Of a DNA stretch of 64,000 nt, positions 19,745 through 38,887 are shown one piece after another; the first letter of the stretch is position 1; every line of letters begins with the position of its first letter. Origin of the DNA: the human T2T-CHM13v2.0 reference genome, Homo sapiens; assembly GCF_009914755.1 (NCBI RefSeq), contig NC_060933.1; one strand, 5' to 3'. Under the pieces are notes generated by a model that did no database searches, had not been told where the DNA came from, and saw only the letters and a list, made by a program, of their open reading frames with translations. Position numbers and translations under genes: made by a program.

Positions 19745-20860
19745 TTAACATCATTGTAAATAAAGGGAAATTAGTAACTTTAATTATTGGCATGACTTTT
19801 ATCATTCATCTTCATATTGTGCACCAGTTTAAGCTGCAAATATAACAGCATTTCACTTGCATGTGCAATTACCAAAATTACACCATTTGTATGTCATAGT
19901 TCATACATGTATATATATTCCATTCTTCCCAGAACAGTGGAAATTATGCACAAAACTAGCTCAGCTGTTTTTATTTTACTTTTTGATATGTGTATGTTCT
20001 ACCCACACTCTCCACCTTTGCTTTCTGAGGACAAGGAAAGCCTGAAAGAAAAAGAAACTGTGAATTATCCTATCTTTCCCTTTCTTTCTATGTTATCATA
20101 TTCAAGGTACACATAATAGTTCCCTAATACAAGGAAATACCATGAGTAAGAAAGGATATGATAAGGCTCCTTGTTTTTTTGTTGTTGTTTTCTTTTTTTC
20201 TTTTTTAGCATGCCTTCACCATCTTTCTGCACTCAAAACAAGTTCCTGTTCCAATGGAGAATGTGGTCTCTTCAGGCTGTCAGTGCCCCGGCTTGCTCAG
20301 CCACAGACATACTTTTCTTAATACTTTGTACTCACTTTGATTCCCACTAAACTTCTGCACCTTGTGAGCCCACTGGAATTCTGTGTTCACAGGGTATTGT
20401 GAATGCTCTGTGTGAATGAGGAGGCAAGGAATTGTGGACATAAATATCGTGCTGTCAGACTTCATTTATAAAAAACAAGCTCAAAGATAAAATTATTAAT
20501 AAATGCAGGACAACAGAGCATTAAACCAAGTGTGGGGCCCTTCTGCGTGTGGGGTTTGGGGTGACTGCATAGGTTGCATGCTCATGAAGCCAGCTTTGGA
20601 GTAGCTAAGTCAGGAGTAAACTCATATCTGACTTCAAAGACAAATCTCTTAACACTTCACAAGGAATCTCCTCTAATAACACAAGGCAAGGCATTGGCAG
20701 AGTAAACAAAGAATGTCAAGAACATGAGAAAATTTTAAGACAACTAGATAACATCAAGCTGCTTCCCTTGGGTTCTGTGATCATTAGTGCTACGGTCTGA
20801 ATGTTTGTGTCCTCTTGAAATTCTTATGTTGAATCTTAATCACCAAAGTGATGGTATTTA

Positions 20861-21780
20861 CAGAATTTTTGGTTGACAGTCTTTTTCTTTCAGCACTTTG
20901 AATATATCATCTTTCTACTTAGTAGCCTCTGTGCTTTCTGATGAGAAATCAGCTGTTAATTTTACTGAGGATCCTTTGTACTATCATGTGTTGCTTTTCT
21001 CTTGTTATTTTCAAGATTATCTCTTCATCTTTGACACTTGACAGTTTTATTATGATGTAGTCAGGTGTGGTTCTCTTTGAGTTTATCATACTTGGAGTTC
21101 ATTGAGTTTTCTTGAATGTGTGGATTAATGTGTCTCATCACATTTGAAAATTTTGACCATTAGTTCTTCAAATATTTTTTTCTGTCCTTTCCTCTCTCTC
21201 TCGTCTCCTTCTGGAACTCTCTTCATGCATATGTTGGTATGCTCGATGGTATACCAAAGGTCTGTCTTTATGTATATGTTTGTGTTTTCTATGGCATACC
21301 AGATGGTCTACAGGTCTGTTCATTTTTCTTAATCCTTTTTTCTTTCTGCTCCTCAGACTGGATAATCTCAATTGATCTATCTTCAAGTTCATTGATTCTT
21401 TTTTTCTCCCTGCTCAAATCTGCTGTTGAGTGTCCCTATTGAATTTTTTATTTCAGTTATTGTAGTTTTCAAATACAGAATTTCTATTTGGTTCTTATTT
21501 ATAATTTTCGTCTTATTCTTTGTATGGTAAGACGTAGCTCTTACACTTCTCTTTAGTTCTTTAGATGTGGTTTCTTTTAGTTATTTGATCATACTGAAAA
21601 TATCTCACGTAAAGTCCATATCTTGGAGATCAAGATTTCCTCAGGTGGTTTTTATTATATCTTTTCCTTGTATGGGCTACACTTTCCTGCATCTTTGCTT
21701 GTCTTGTAATTTTTTGTTAAAACTGGAATTTAAAAAATTTAAAATTAAATAATAGAATAGAGCAACCTGGAAAATTTGAC
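20861..21780 (-). mobile_element. Old L1M ORF1-region fragment, preceded by an MLT1A-like LTR fragment (about 20788-20860)
   Basis: Antisense ORF1 motifs (tctgatgagaaatcagctgttaat; tcagactggataatctcaattgatctatcttcaagttca). Confidence 0.8.
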
Positions 21781-22872
21781 CTGTAGGTTAGATTTGAACC
21801 TTAATTTAGAAATGCTTCTATTTTTATGCTGTAGTGGCAATGTGCAAAATGTTTTTGAAAAATTGTTTGCAGCAATATCCAGAAAGGTCATAGGACTGCA
21901 ATGCTTTTCCATGAAGGTAACCCTTTAACCCTATGAAATAAGATATGATGGTCCCCATTTAACAGGATAAAAAGTTAGTGATTTATTCCAGTGAAAATTA
22001 TAAAAAGATAAGGATGCAAAAATGCCTTCCAAAATCTAGTTAACTTTTAAAACTGGTGGTTATTCTGGGGAAAATGGGGAATATTATCCCATTAATGAAT
22101 CTTGAGATATTTCTTTGTAAGAAGAATTATATCACTGCTTCTCATGAATCTCACCAGCATTGACCTATGACCCCCATCTCTTCCATTTCAGTTCTTTTAA
22201 ATTTTACTTATTCACTTTGTTCTTGTTGTTCTTTTTATTTTTTGTTTTTTTAAATTATTCTTTTTTCCTTTTCCTACTCTATTTCTCATTTCCATTTCTT
22301 TTCTCTGTAATATATAATCGAGTATGATTTTATGTATTTGAGATTTTATGTTTTTCAATCTTAAGTTAACTTCACTTTTTTCATTTGTAGAATAGGAGAT
22401 ATTGTCTACTCTGTCCACCTAACAGGGTCGTTGTAAGTTTTAAACAATACTTGTTATAGCTCCAGAAAACTATAAACTAGCTTCTGTTGCTTCCTAGTTT
22501 ATTTCTTTGAGTGTTTTGTTAACTTTCATATTGAAACTGTTAACAAAAATACATTTCCTGATAGTTCTTATTAGACCCCAAGATTTCAGTATTTCATCTG
22601 TGATAGAATTATTGCTGCAGATTTTCATATGTGATAGAATCTGATATTTTGAATGTCATTTTATACTTTTTCAAATGTTAGCAATTTTTATATTCTCTCA
22701 TAAATTCCTCAAATAATTTATCAACTTTAATTTTGTATTTCTATCAATTAAATTTTTAAAATTTAAATTCAAAAGCATTGGTAAAATATCAGATCTTCTA
22801 AGTTTGACTTCTAAAGCTGAATGTCAATTAAATTAAATTTTAAACATATAGAGTTAAACTTAATTCAAACTA

Positions 22873-25713
<2,841 letters not shown>

Positions 25714-25730
25714 TCAACATTTGAAACATA

Positions 25731-26103
25731 TGGTATGGTTTGGCACTGTGTCCCTACGCAAATCTCATGTCAAACTGTAATCCCCACGTGTCAGGGAAGG
25801 TACCTGGTGGGAGGTGGGTGGATCATGGGGGCAGTTTCCCCATGCTGTTCTTACCATAGGGAGTAAGTTCTCATGAGAGCTGATGGTTTAATAGTGTGGC
25901 ACTTCCCCTCTCCTCCTGCTGCTTCAAAAGATGTGCCTTGCTTCCCCTTTGCCTTCCACCATAATTTTAAGTTTCCTGAGGCCTCCCCAGCCATGTGAAA
26001 CTGTGAGTCAATTAAACCTCTCTTCTTTATAAATTACTCAGTCTCAGTAATTACTTTATAAATTACTCAGTTCTTTATAGTAGGGTAAAAATGGACTAAT
26101 ACA
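25731..26103 (+). mobile_element. MST/THE1-type MaLR LTR
   Basis: tggtatggtttgg start; ctgtgagtcaattaaacctc...atggactaataca end. Confidence 0.85.
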
Positions 26104-29135
<3,032 letters not shown>

Positions 29136-29136
29136 G

Positions 29137-29805
<669 letters not shown>

Positions 29806-30571
29806 ACAAAATCACACTGGCCAGTCACAGAAAGAAATGGCAATAATGAAAGTTGCCATCCCTGTCTGACAAACTAGTCTGTTTCTTCTCTAAAACAAAT
29901 TCGCAAAATGATTAAACTGGGTTGCAAAAAGCTGAGGGAAGTTTAAACAGAATAGCTTTGCTATCATTTGGAAAAAAAAGGACTGAGTAAAAGCTTGGTC
30001 ACCCTGACGTGGCTAATATTTGTATTGTAAATGCAACTCAGAGTACATTCTTCATAATATCAGATAAAGAAAAATAGTGTGGAACGCGAGTTGTCTGCGT
30101 TACTTTCGTATTCTCACTTCTGCTTTGGAGAAGGAAGTTCTTTTAGCATGCTAAGAGAGACAGTTAATATTCAAATTAACTGGAGAAAGGTCTCTCCTTT
30201 GAAGTCTCTAGCTTCGTTAGAGATGATGCTAGACACCAGCAGAGGTCTGTATGAGGAGGAAAAGGGGGCAACATGGGACCGGTGAGTGCCCATCCGCGGC
30301 TAACTGGATACGGACTGAGAGATCACCCAAGAGAAAAGTGTTTTGCGCCACCCTCTGGACTTTTTATGTATATTTGATGGCTATTAATTGATACTAATAT
30401 GATTGATAATGAACTACATCAGCACACCACGGCTTGATAATGGATCCCACGTGAATACCATTACAGACTTTGAGGGACACAGCAATGAGGTTACGCAATA
30501 AATCTAAGTTTCTGGGTACAAGAAACCGAAACGATGGGTGTCAAAACATATGCAAATAGAACTGAAACTCA

Positions 30572-30955
<384 letters not shown>

Positions 30956-31575
30956 ATGAATGTAATCTCCTCTTAAGTGGAGCTTTTCAAAAATTCTGCG
31001 TTTAAACTCCAAGGGCTTCGTTCTGTGTCGTGTAAATAGTTGGGGAGAGGACAGCACCATTCACTTAAATGTCAATGGGAATCACATTTAAGTAAAAGGA
31101 AAAGGAAATCAGTAAATCAAAGTAAATCAAAGACACATCTGCATCCCCATGTTTATTGCAGCTTATTCCCTGTTGGACGTCCCCTGAATTTCCTATAGAG
31201 GTGAAGCCATCTCTGCCTTAAGGAAAAATGAAGTGCCTAATACTGCTTATAATATGGTCCCTTTTCCAGATTTAGCTTCTCCACCCCAGATTTTTGCACA
31301 AGCCATACTGAACTACTTCATGTTTCCATACTCATGTTTTGTTCCAGCCACACTGAATTACTTAACATTCAGCACATTGCCAAGCTCTTTTCCCCCGCTT
31401 CCGGGGTTTGCACAAGTTGTTCCCTTTGCCAAGCAAATTCTTCCCCACCTCCCTACTCCTTGCCTAAACTCTTCTTTTGGGCGTAGAAAGAAGTATTGCT
31501 TCTGGGTAACCTTTGTCTAATAATGAAATATCTAAGACATATTGAGAACTTACTATGGGTCCCTCACTGTTCTAA

Positions 31576-31984
<409 letters not shown>

Positions 31985-32860
31985 TCATAGATAAGGAAAC
32001 TGAGACACAGAGAGAGAGGGAGTTTCTAAAAGTGTTATACAGGTGGCCTATAAACTCTGTAGTGAAGAAAGGAAATGAAGACAGGATAGAATGATCGCGA
32101 GAAAATGGTAAGAACAAGGGACTGGAAGACGCAAGGAAGTTTAGAAATACGCTGGCATAGGGGTCTTTTGAGCAGGCACGCTGCTAAGATGATAGGATTA
32201 TAGTCAAGGATGGGGAGCGATTGCACTGGGGATTTCTGGAGCGGGTGCAGCCTCTGATGGTAACATGGTCCAGGGTATACCTTCAAAACGGGAGGCTACT
32301 GGAGTGAAAGGCGTCAATGGTGATAACACTTTAAAAAAAACTTCAGTGTTTCCCTAGCATCCAGCCCAGTATCTGCTAAATTCTTTAAAATATCTGTTGA
32401 ATGCATGTCGTGAACGCCGTGCTCATGGGCAAGCCCCAGATGAAGCCTGTGCAAGTGCTTCTTGCTTTAACTCCCTTGTAGCAATCAGAGGAACATCCTC
32501 TGCCTAGGATTCCCAAGCTCCCTGAACCTCACGCGACAGCTGGAGCCCAGGCTGCGTCCGCTTTGAGGTTCATCCGAGCCTGGGCAGTTCGGTCCCTGGA
32601 GGGAATTCGCTTTAGATACGACTGTCAGAGAGAAGTGTGCTGATAAGAACACTCGCTCATAGCGCGCAAGCATCAGAAGTGGGGGAGGCCGGGGAGGCGC
32701 TGCGCCGGTGCCTCAGGCCGTCCTCGGACACAGGCCCTGAGAAGCGTGTCCGTGTTTCAGAGGGTGGCGGCGGCAGCTTTGTCTCAGCGAAGGCCACAGC
32801 ACTGCGGGCAGCTGCCGCATGAAACCTCGGCTCCCCCTGACTCTGCACCCGACACTTCAC

Positions 32861-32943
32861 CTGCAACGCAATCCGAAGGCGAAGGCACCGCATCCCGTCG
32901 GCCCCGCGCGGCCGGAAGCCTCGCGCCCAAGACTCCCCGGCAT
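32861..32943 (-). CDS. C5: Alternative C5 first exon (MPGSLGREASGRAGPTGCGAFAFGLRCR), no signal peptide
   Basis: ATG at 32943, 83 nt, CAG|gtgaag donor, phase 2 like exon 1, so it joins exon 2 in frame (AG|A TAT); C-terminal part of ORF 32857..33075; agrees with my recollection of a longer RefSeq C5 isoform (not verified here). Confidence 0.75.
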
Positions 32944-33059
32944 CCTAGCGCGCTGGCTGCAAAAGAGGCGGGAAACGCCTCCGCGTCCCTTCCAACAGTA
33001 CCGGAGAGGGAGAGGGGCGTGGCTGAGACTAGCCCCGACCACGCGCGCGCGGCCCCTCG

Positions 33060-33174
33060 GCAACCGGCACAACACAACAAAATGGCTGCCGCGCCGCTGG
33101 GCCCCTGAGGAAAGAGCCCGAACTTCTCCCGCTCTACCTCAGCCTGCGGGACTGCTCGGCTCGGCTTCTAGGCG
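33060..33174 (+). other. CNTRL: CNTRL non-coding exon 1 (5' end approximate)
   Basis: GCG|gtgagc donor at 33175 within the CpG island, upstream of the CNTRL coding exons. Confidence 0.75.
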
Positions 33175-33679
33175 GTGAGCGTCAGACCTGGCCGAGCCCG
33201 TTCCCCGGCATCCGGCCCGAGCAGTGGGGGCCGGCGGCAAAGGCGGGAAGGCCCGGACCGGGCGTGGTGTGGGCCGGCTTGGGATGGATTCGGGGCGGGG
33301 GCGCGTGTCTGGGAATTGGGATTGGACGGGAAAGAGGGGAGGGCCCGGAACGGGCGTGGGGCGGTGGATGAAGGAGGGAGGTTTGGATGGGAAGAGGTGG
33401 GGACGGCGGGGGCGATTGGGGATGAAGAACCAGAGTGTGGGGAGGTGTGGAAGTTAGGGTGCGGCGCCCAGAAGGTTGTGGGTCCTGCCACCTGAGCTGA
33501 GGGGAGAGCTGGGATGTGCCAGCTGTCTGTGGGGAGTGAGCGGGAGAAAGGACAGTTTGGGCGTCCTGACGGGTTGTCACGGTATCGGACGGAGTACAGT
33601 GCGTGGAGAAAGATGACAGGATATGGGGACGAAATGCTAAAAGAAGGGGAAGAACAAACACTTCCGTTATATTCGTTAA

Positions 33680-34400
33680 GGGACTAGAGAATTTTGAAGC
33701 CAGACAAACTTGGGTTGAAGCCTCAATTCTGCCACCTTGTGTAACTTAACCAGGTCTGTGACCCTGGATATGTGTCTGAGCCTTCCTGATCATGTTTCCT
33801 CATTTGTCCAAATAATTGCGAATCATTTTTGGGTGTTCACTATTTGTCAGATCCAGTTTTAAGCACTTTGCACGTATTAACCTCATTTAGAATTTAAAAT
33901 AACTTGTATGAGGTTATCATCCCCATTTAAAAAGTGATAGCACTGAGGACCAGAGAGGTTAAGTAATTTGCCTAAGATCACACAGTAAGTGGAAAATCAG
34001 AATTTGAACTCAGGCTGTTTCGTTCCAGAATCCAAGCTTTTAACTGTTCAGGTACATTGCCATTTGTAAATCAGGTTAATAATTCTGATCCTATACAGCT
34101 AAATCTTTGAGGATTTAAATTTGGTATTGTCTAAGTGTTTAGTACAGTCCTTCAGTCAACAAATATTTATTGTTTATAGAACAACAGACAAAACCTCTGC
34201 TCTCTTGTAGCTTATAGTCTAGAAGGAGAAACAGGCAACAACCAAGTAGTTTCACAAATAATGGTTATAAAATGCTATGAAGGAGACTGCTTGGTGCAGA
34301 GATCATGGGTAATAGGGAGATAAAATCTTCTGCATCTTGAGCTTAGATTCTAGCATGGTTCTTCCTACATAAAAGTTGCTCAATAAAATTGAATAATTAA
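33680..34400. mobile_element. MIR and L2 fragments in CNTRL intron 1
   Basis: MIR motifs (actgaggaccagagaggttaagtaatttgcctaagatcacacag); L2 motif tcaacaaatatttattg. Confidence 0.7.
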
Positions 34401-35753
34401 TGGAAAGAGATGGGAAGCTTGAGTTTTAGGGTATCTGAGCAGAAGAAGAGAGATGGGAGAGGGGATTCAGGCTTTTAATAGGATGGAGAAGGATACGGGG
34501 GCTAGAGTATTAGGATGGAAAGGCAAATAGGCAGGCAGTTGGGTTGGGATGAAGAGGAATGGATGGAGGTTTGAGTATTTTGTTTAGGGAGGGGAGTAAT
34601 TGGAGGTCAGAGTATTGGAACGCATTAGGATGTCAGGGTATTTTCTGGGGTGAAGAGAGATGAGCAGCTTGGGAAGTCTGGATGGATAGAGAAATGTTGA
34701 GTCTGGGCACAGGAAAGAACCATAGAGAAATGGGGGAGACTATTACTGTGTTAGGGAACTGGGATAGAATTTGTGGGAAAATTGGCAATCAGAATGGGAT
34801 AAAGAAGAATGGGAGGCAGAGGTGGGTGGGCAGCACAGAATGGGGGAATTGGCTTTGGAAAGAAAAATGGCTGGAGACTTTGCAGAGGAATCGGAATCAG
34901 GATATTTGAAAGGAGGAGAAGATTAAGGAGTAAAAGTATTTCAGTAGGTCAGAGGGTATGGGATGAAGTAGACTTGGAAAGTACTGAAATCCAATTAAAG
35001 GGCTAAGGAGAGGGATATGGGGGTTAATAAATGGGGATGGGTATTTGCATATTAGGGAGTCTGTAGAGAGACAGAAGGAGGTCTGCGTTATTTGGAGATC
35101 AGAGAAGATGGGAAGTTAGGAAGGTTAGGAAAGGCTGGATGGAGGTGGAGTTTGCAGTCTGTACTAAGCTGTGATGGACTGAATTGTTAGATCAGAGCAA
35201 CTATCTGGGTTTATAGGTGGCAGGATGGGTAGTGTTTTGTTGCCTGGACGTAGGATTCTGATTATCATGTCATTCCAATGGCTTTCTCTTGCTCTGCAGA
35301 CAGCCTTTAAAATACAACTGCAGCTCTGAACTTTATTTGCTTTTTTTTTCTCTTTATCCTGCTCCTTTACTCGCCCTAGCCTACCTCTCAGTTGTCTTCA
35401 TTTTTCCATTGCTTGCTTGGTCTTTGTTCATGTGATTGCAAACAACATCCTAGATCAAACTACATCCTCATCTCTCCATTAAAATTATAATTCAGCATTT
35501 ACCACCTCCAGGCAGTAGCCTAAGAAATAATGCCAGCCATTCTCAAACACTGTAAACCCCTAAGCCCACTTCACTGAGTTAGCTATTCTCTGAGACTGAT
35601 TACGTCTATCTTGTTTCAGTGTCCAAGCTTTACAGAAGCTGTGGCAACCAAGGGTTTAAGTCTATGAATGAGTAAGCCTGACTTTTACTAATCAGGAGAG
35701 GTAATAAAGGACCTCATGATAGTCTGGTGAGACCTAAAGGGTCTTGATCATTA

Positions 35754-36530
<777 letters not shown>

Positions 36531-36539
36531 AGTATTACT

Positions 36540-37235
36540 GAGACTACAGATTAAACTCAATTTCTCCCACTATACGCTCACAACATGATTCCGTAGGATT
36601 TTCCCCCACACATTAAGCAAGCAGTTAGTTCTGCAGTGGTGGGCACCACAGGACTGTCCTCTAGTTCAGTTCAATTCTGACACTGTCTACCTGGAGACAG
36701 CGTCACATCCCTAAGGTTGAAGGCTGGCTTACAAGACTGCCCCCAAGTTCTGATGCCAACTGTAAGCCTCAGTTTTACCTGTGCTTCTGACTGACCAGCT
36801 ATAAATCAGAGTTCCCACAACTCCCTCCTTGGGTTTGATTAATTTGCTAGAGCAGCTCACAGAATTCAGGGAGCACTTACTTACATTTACTGGTTTATTA
36901 TAAAAGATATTACAAAGGATATAGGTGAAAAGATGCATAGCGTAAGGCAGGTGGGAAGGGGCGTAGAGCTTCCACACCCTCTCTGGGTGGATTCCCCTCC
37001 AGGACCCTCCCTGTGTCCAGCTTTCTGGAGGCTCCCCAAACCCAGTCTTTTAACTTTTTATGGAGGCTTCATTATGTAGGCCTGATTGATTACATCATTG
37101 GCCATTGGTGATCAACTCAACCTTTAGCCCCTCTCCCCTCCCTCTTTCTAGTGACCAGCCACGATCCTGAAGCTGCCTAGAGGTGGCTAGCCATCAGTCA
37201 ACTCATTAGTATACAAAAAGACACTTACGATAGCA
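36540..37235. mobile_element. MER21-family LTR fragment
   Basis: ttcaattctgacactgtctacctggaga...gggtttgattaatttgctagagcagctcacagaa; paralogous to 39400-40180. Confidence 0.75.
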
Positions 37236-37492
37236 AAAGGGACTAAGACTAAGTATGTATTTCATAATATTAAAATTACTAAAAGACTTTTTTCCATGGC
37301 AAAATTGTGTTATAAGGCACAAAAATTGTTTACCACGCTTGAAATTTAGACCAAAAAGCCTTGTGGAAATGGCATAAATAGCAGTTATGTAACTTGGGGG
37401 AGTTTTTCTGATCCATATGTATAGTTTAATATGAGAAAATGAAGGAAAAAGTACAGATACATTTAAGTTCACAGTTTGAAGTACAGGTTGAA

Positions 37493-37783
37493 GGCCAGGT
37501 GTGGTAGCTCATGCCTGTAATCCTAACACTTTGGGAGGTAGAGGTGGGAGGATTGCTTGAGCTCAGGAGTTCGAGATCAGCCTGGACAACATAGTGAAAC
37601 GCTGCCTCCAAAAAAATAAAAATAAAGTACAGGTTGATTATCTCTTGTCCAAAATGCTTGCTATCAAAAGTGTCTTGGATTTTGGATTTTTTCGGATTTT
37701 GGAATATTTGCTTTATACTTGTTTATATTTTTTACATTTATATTTAAATATTTCAGATTTTCAGATTTGGAGTGCTTAACCTG
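37493..37783. mobile_element. FLAM monomer (37493-37625, TSD AAGTACAGGTTGA) adjoining a Tigger4/Zombi MITE (37630-37783)
   Basis: ta|caggttga...taacctg|ta terminal inverted repeats with TA TSD. Confidence 0.8.
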
Positions 37784-38412
37784 TAGTGAATGAGGCTATT
37801 GGAATGGGGCATTTGGCTATATTGTAATGTATGTGAAATAATAATCAACTTTTTAAAAACAAAAAAAGACGGGGTTTTTATTCCTTTCAAACTACTCACC
37901 TTGAGAGACCGGATCATGATATCAGAGATCCTTTCTTTGTATAAAATTTTCTGGGTTTCCTTCAGGATTTTTTTTGTTTTGTTTTTTTGAGATGAAGTCT
38001 CACTCTGTTGCCCAGGGTGGAGCGCAGGGGCACGATCTTGGCTCATCGCAACCTCCACCTCCCCAGTTCAAGTGATTTTTGTTCCTCAACCTCCCAAGTA
38101 GCTGGGATTACAGGCACCTGCCGCCCATGGCATCATGCTAGGCCATAGAGAACAAAGGAAACATAATCTAGACTCCAGGAAACTCAGATAGCTATATGAC
38201 ATGGTCATTAAAAACATGGGTTTTGAATTAAATCACATTTCAAGTTTTGGCTAAACCAATTAGTTAAGGAATTTTGGACAAATTATTTAAGATCTTCATC
38301 TGTAAAATGGGAAATAACACTTATCTCATAGAGTTGTTGTATTCAATTCTTTCAATATGATGATACACATAAAGAGCTTATCACAACATATATTTGTCTG
38401 TCTGTTTTTTAG

Positions 38413-38585
38413 AGACAGGGGCTCCCTGTGTTTCCCAGGCTGCAGTGCAGTGGCCAGTCACAAGGTTGATCATAGCACATTGTAGCCTGGAGCTCCTGGG
38501 ATCAAGCAATCCTCCTGCCTCATCCTCTGGAGTAACTGGGACTGCAAGTATACATACCGTGCCTGACGAAATATCACAATATTTG
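38413..38585 (+). other. CNTRL: Probable CNTRL 5'UTR exon exonised from an antisense Alu monomer (FLAM/AluJ-like)
   Basis: tctgttttttag|AGACAGGG acceptor from the antisense Alu tail; donors TTG|gtgcgt (38586) or GTG|gtaagc (38593). Confidence 0.6.
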
Positions 38586-38887
38586 GTGCGTGGTAAGCCC
38601 TCAGTAAATGTTAGCCACTAGTATGATATTCTTTAGAATTAACTTCAATCATCATCTTTTCATTAAATTTTTGGAAGTAGACAAAATTCATATGGAGTCA
38701 AATTTACTGAGTAAGGTTAGTGATCAAACTGGGAAAATAAAAACAAAGTGTACCTGAAGCGATGGACCCGATTTTCTTGTGAGACTTAAGAATTAGTTTG
38801 AAAGCAGAATCCAAAGAGGAATTCCAAAAATTGAATATATTAATAGATTATATTAGTGTAATCTCTCCTTTATATACTGTATAAGTT

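Larger units (their letters stand above)
32500..33640. promoter_or_regulatory. CpG island / bidirectional promoter shared by CNTRL (+) and the alternative C5 exon (-)
   Basis: Abrupt high GC and CpG density; GC boxes; YY1-like AAAATGGCTGCC at 33079-33090; divergent splice donors at 32860 (-) and 33175 (+). Confidence 0.92.

Noticed and set aside
19791-22469. Extra short anchors for a C5 duplication (catgacttt..tcattca 8161 vs 19791; agctccagaaaa 9173 vs 22458)
   Set aside because: Collinear but too short and AT-rich to trust without a scored alignment; no recognisable copy of C5 exon 1 found
33051-33065. RFX X-box in the CNTRL promoter (GGCCCCTCGGCAAC)
   Set aside because: Only the GGCAAC half-site matches the consensus
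32485-33661. Overlapping long ORFs on both strands in the CpG island
   Set aside because: Stop codons are scarce in GC-rich DNA; only the 83-nt part of ORF 32857..33075 has splice-phase support
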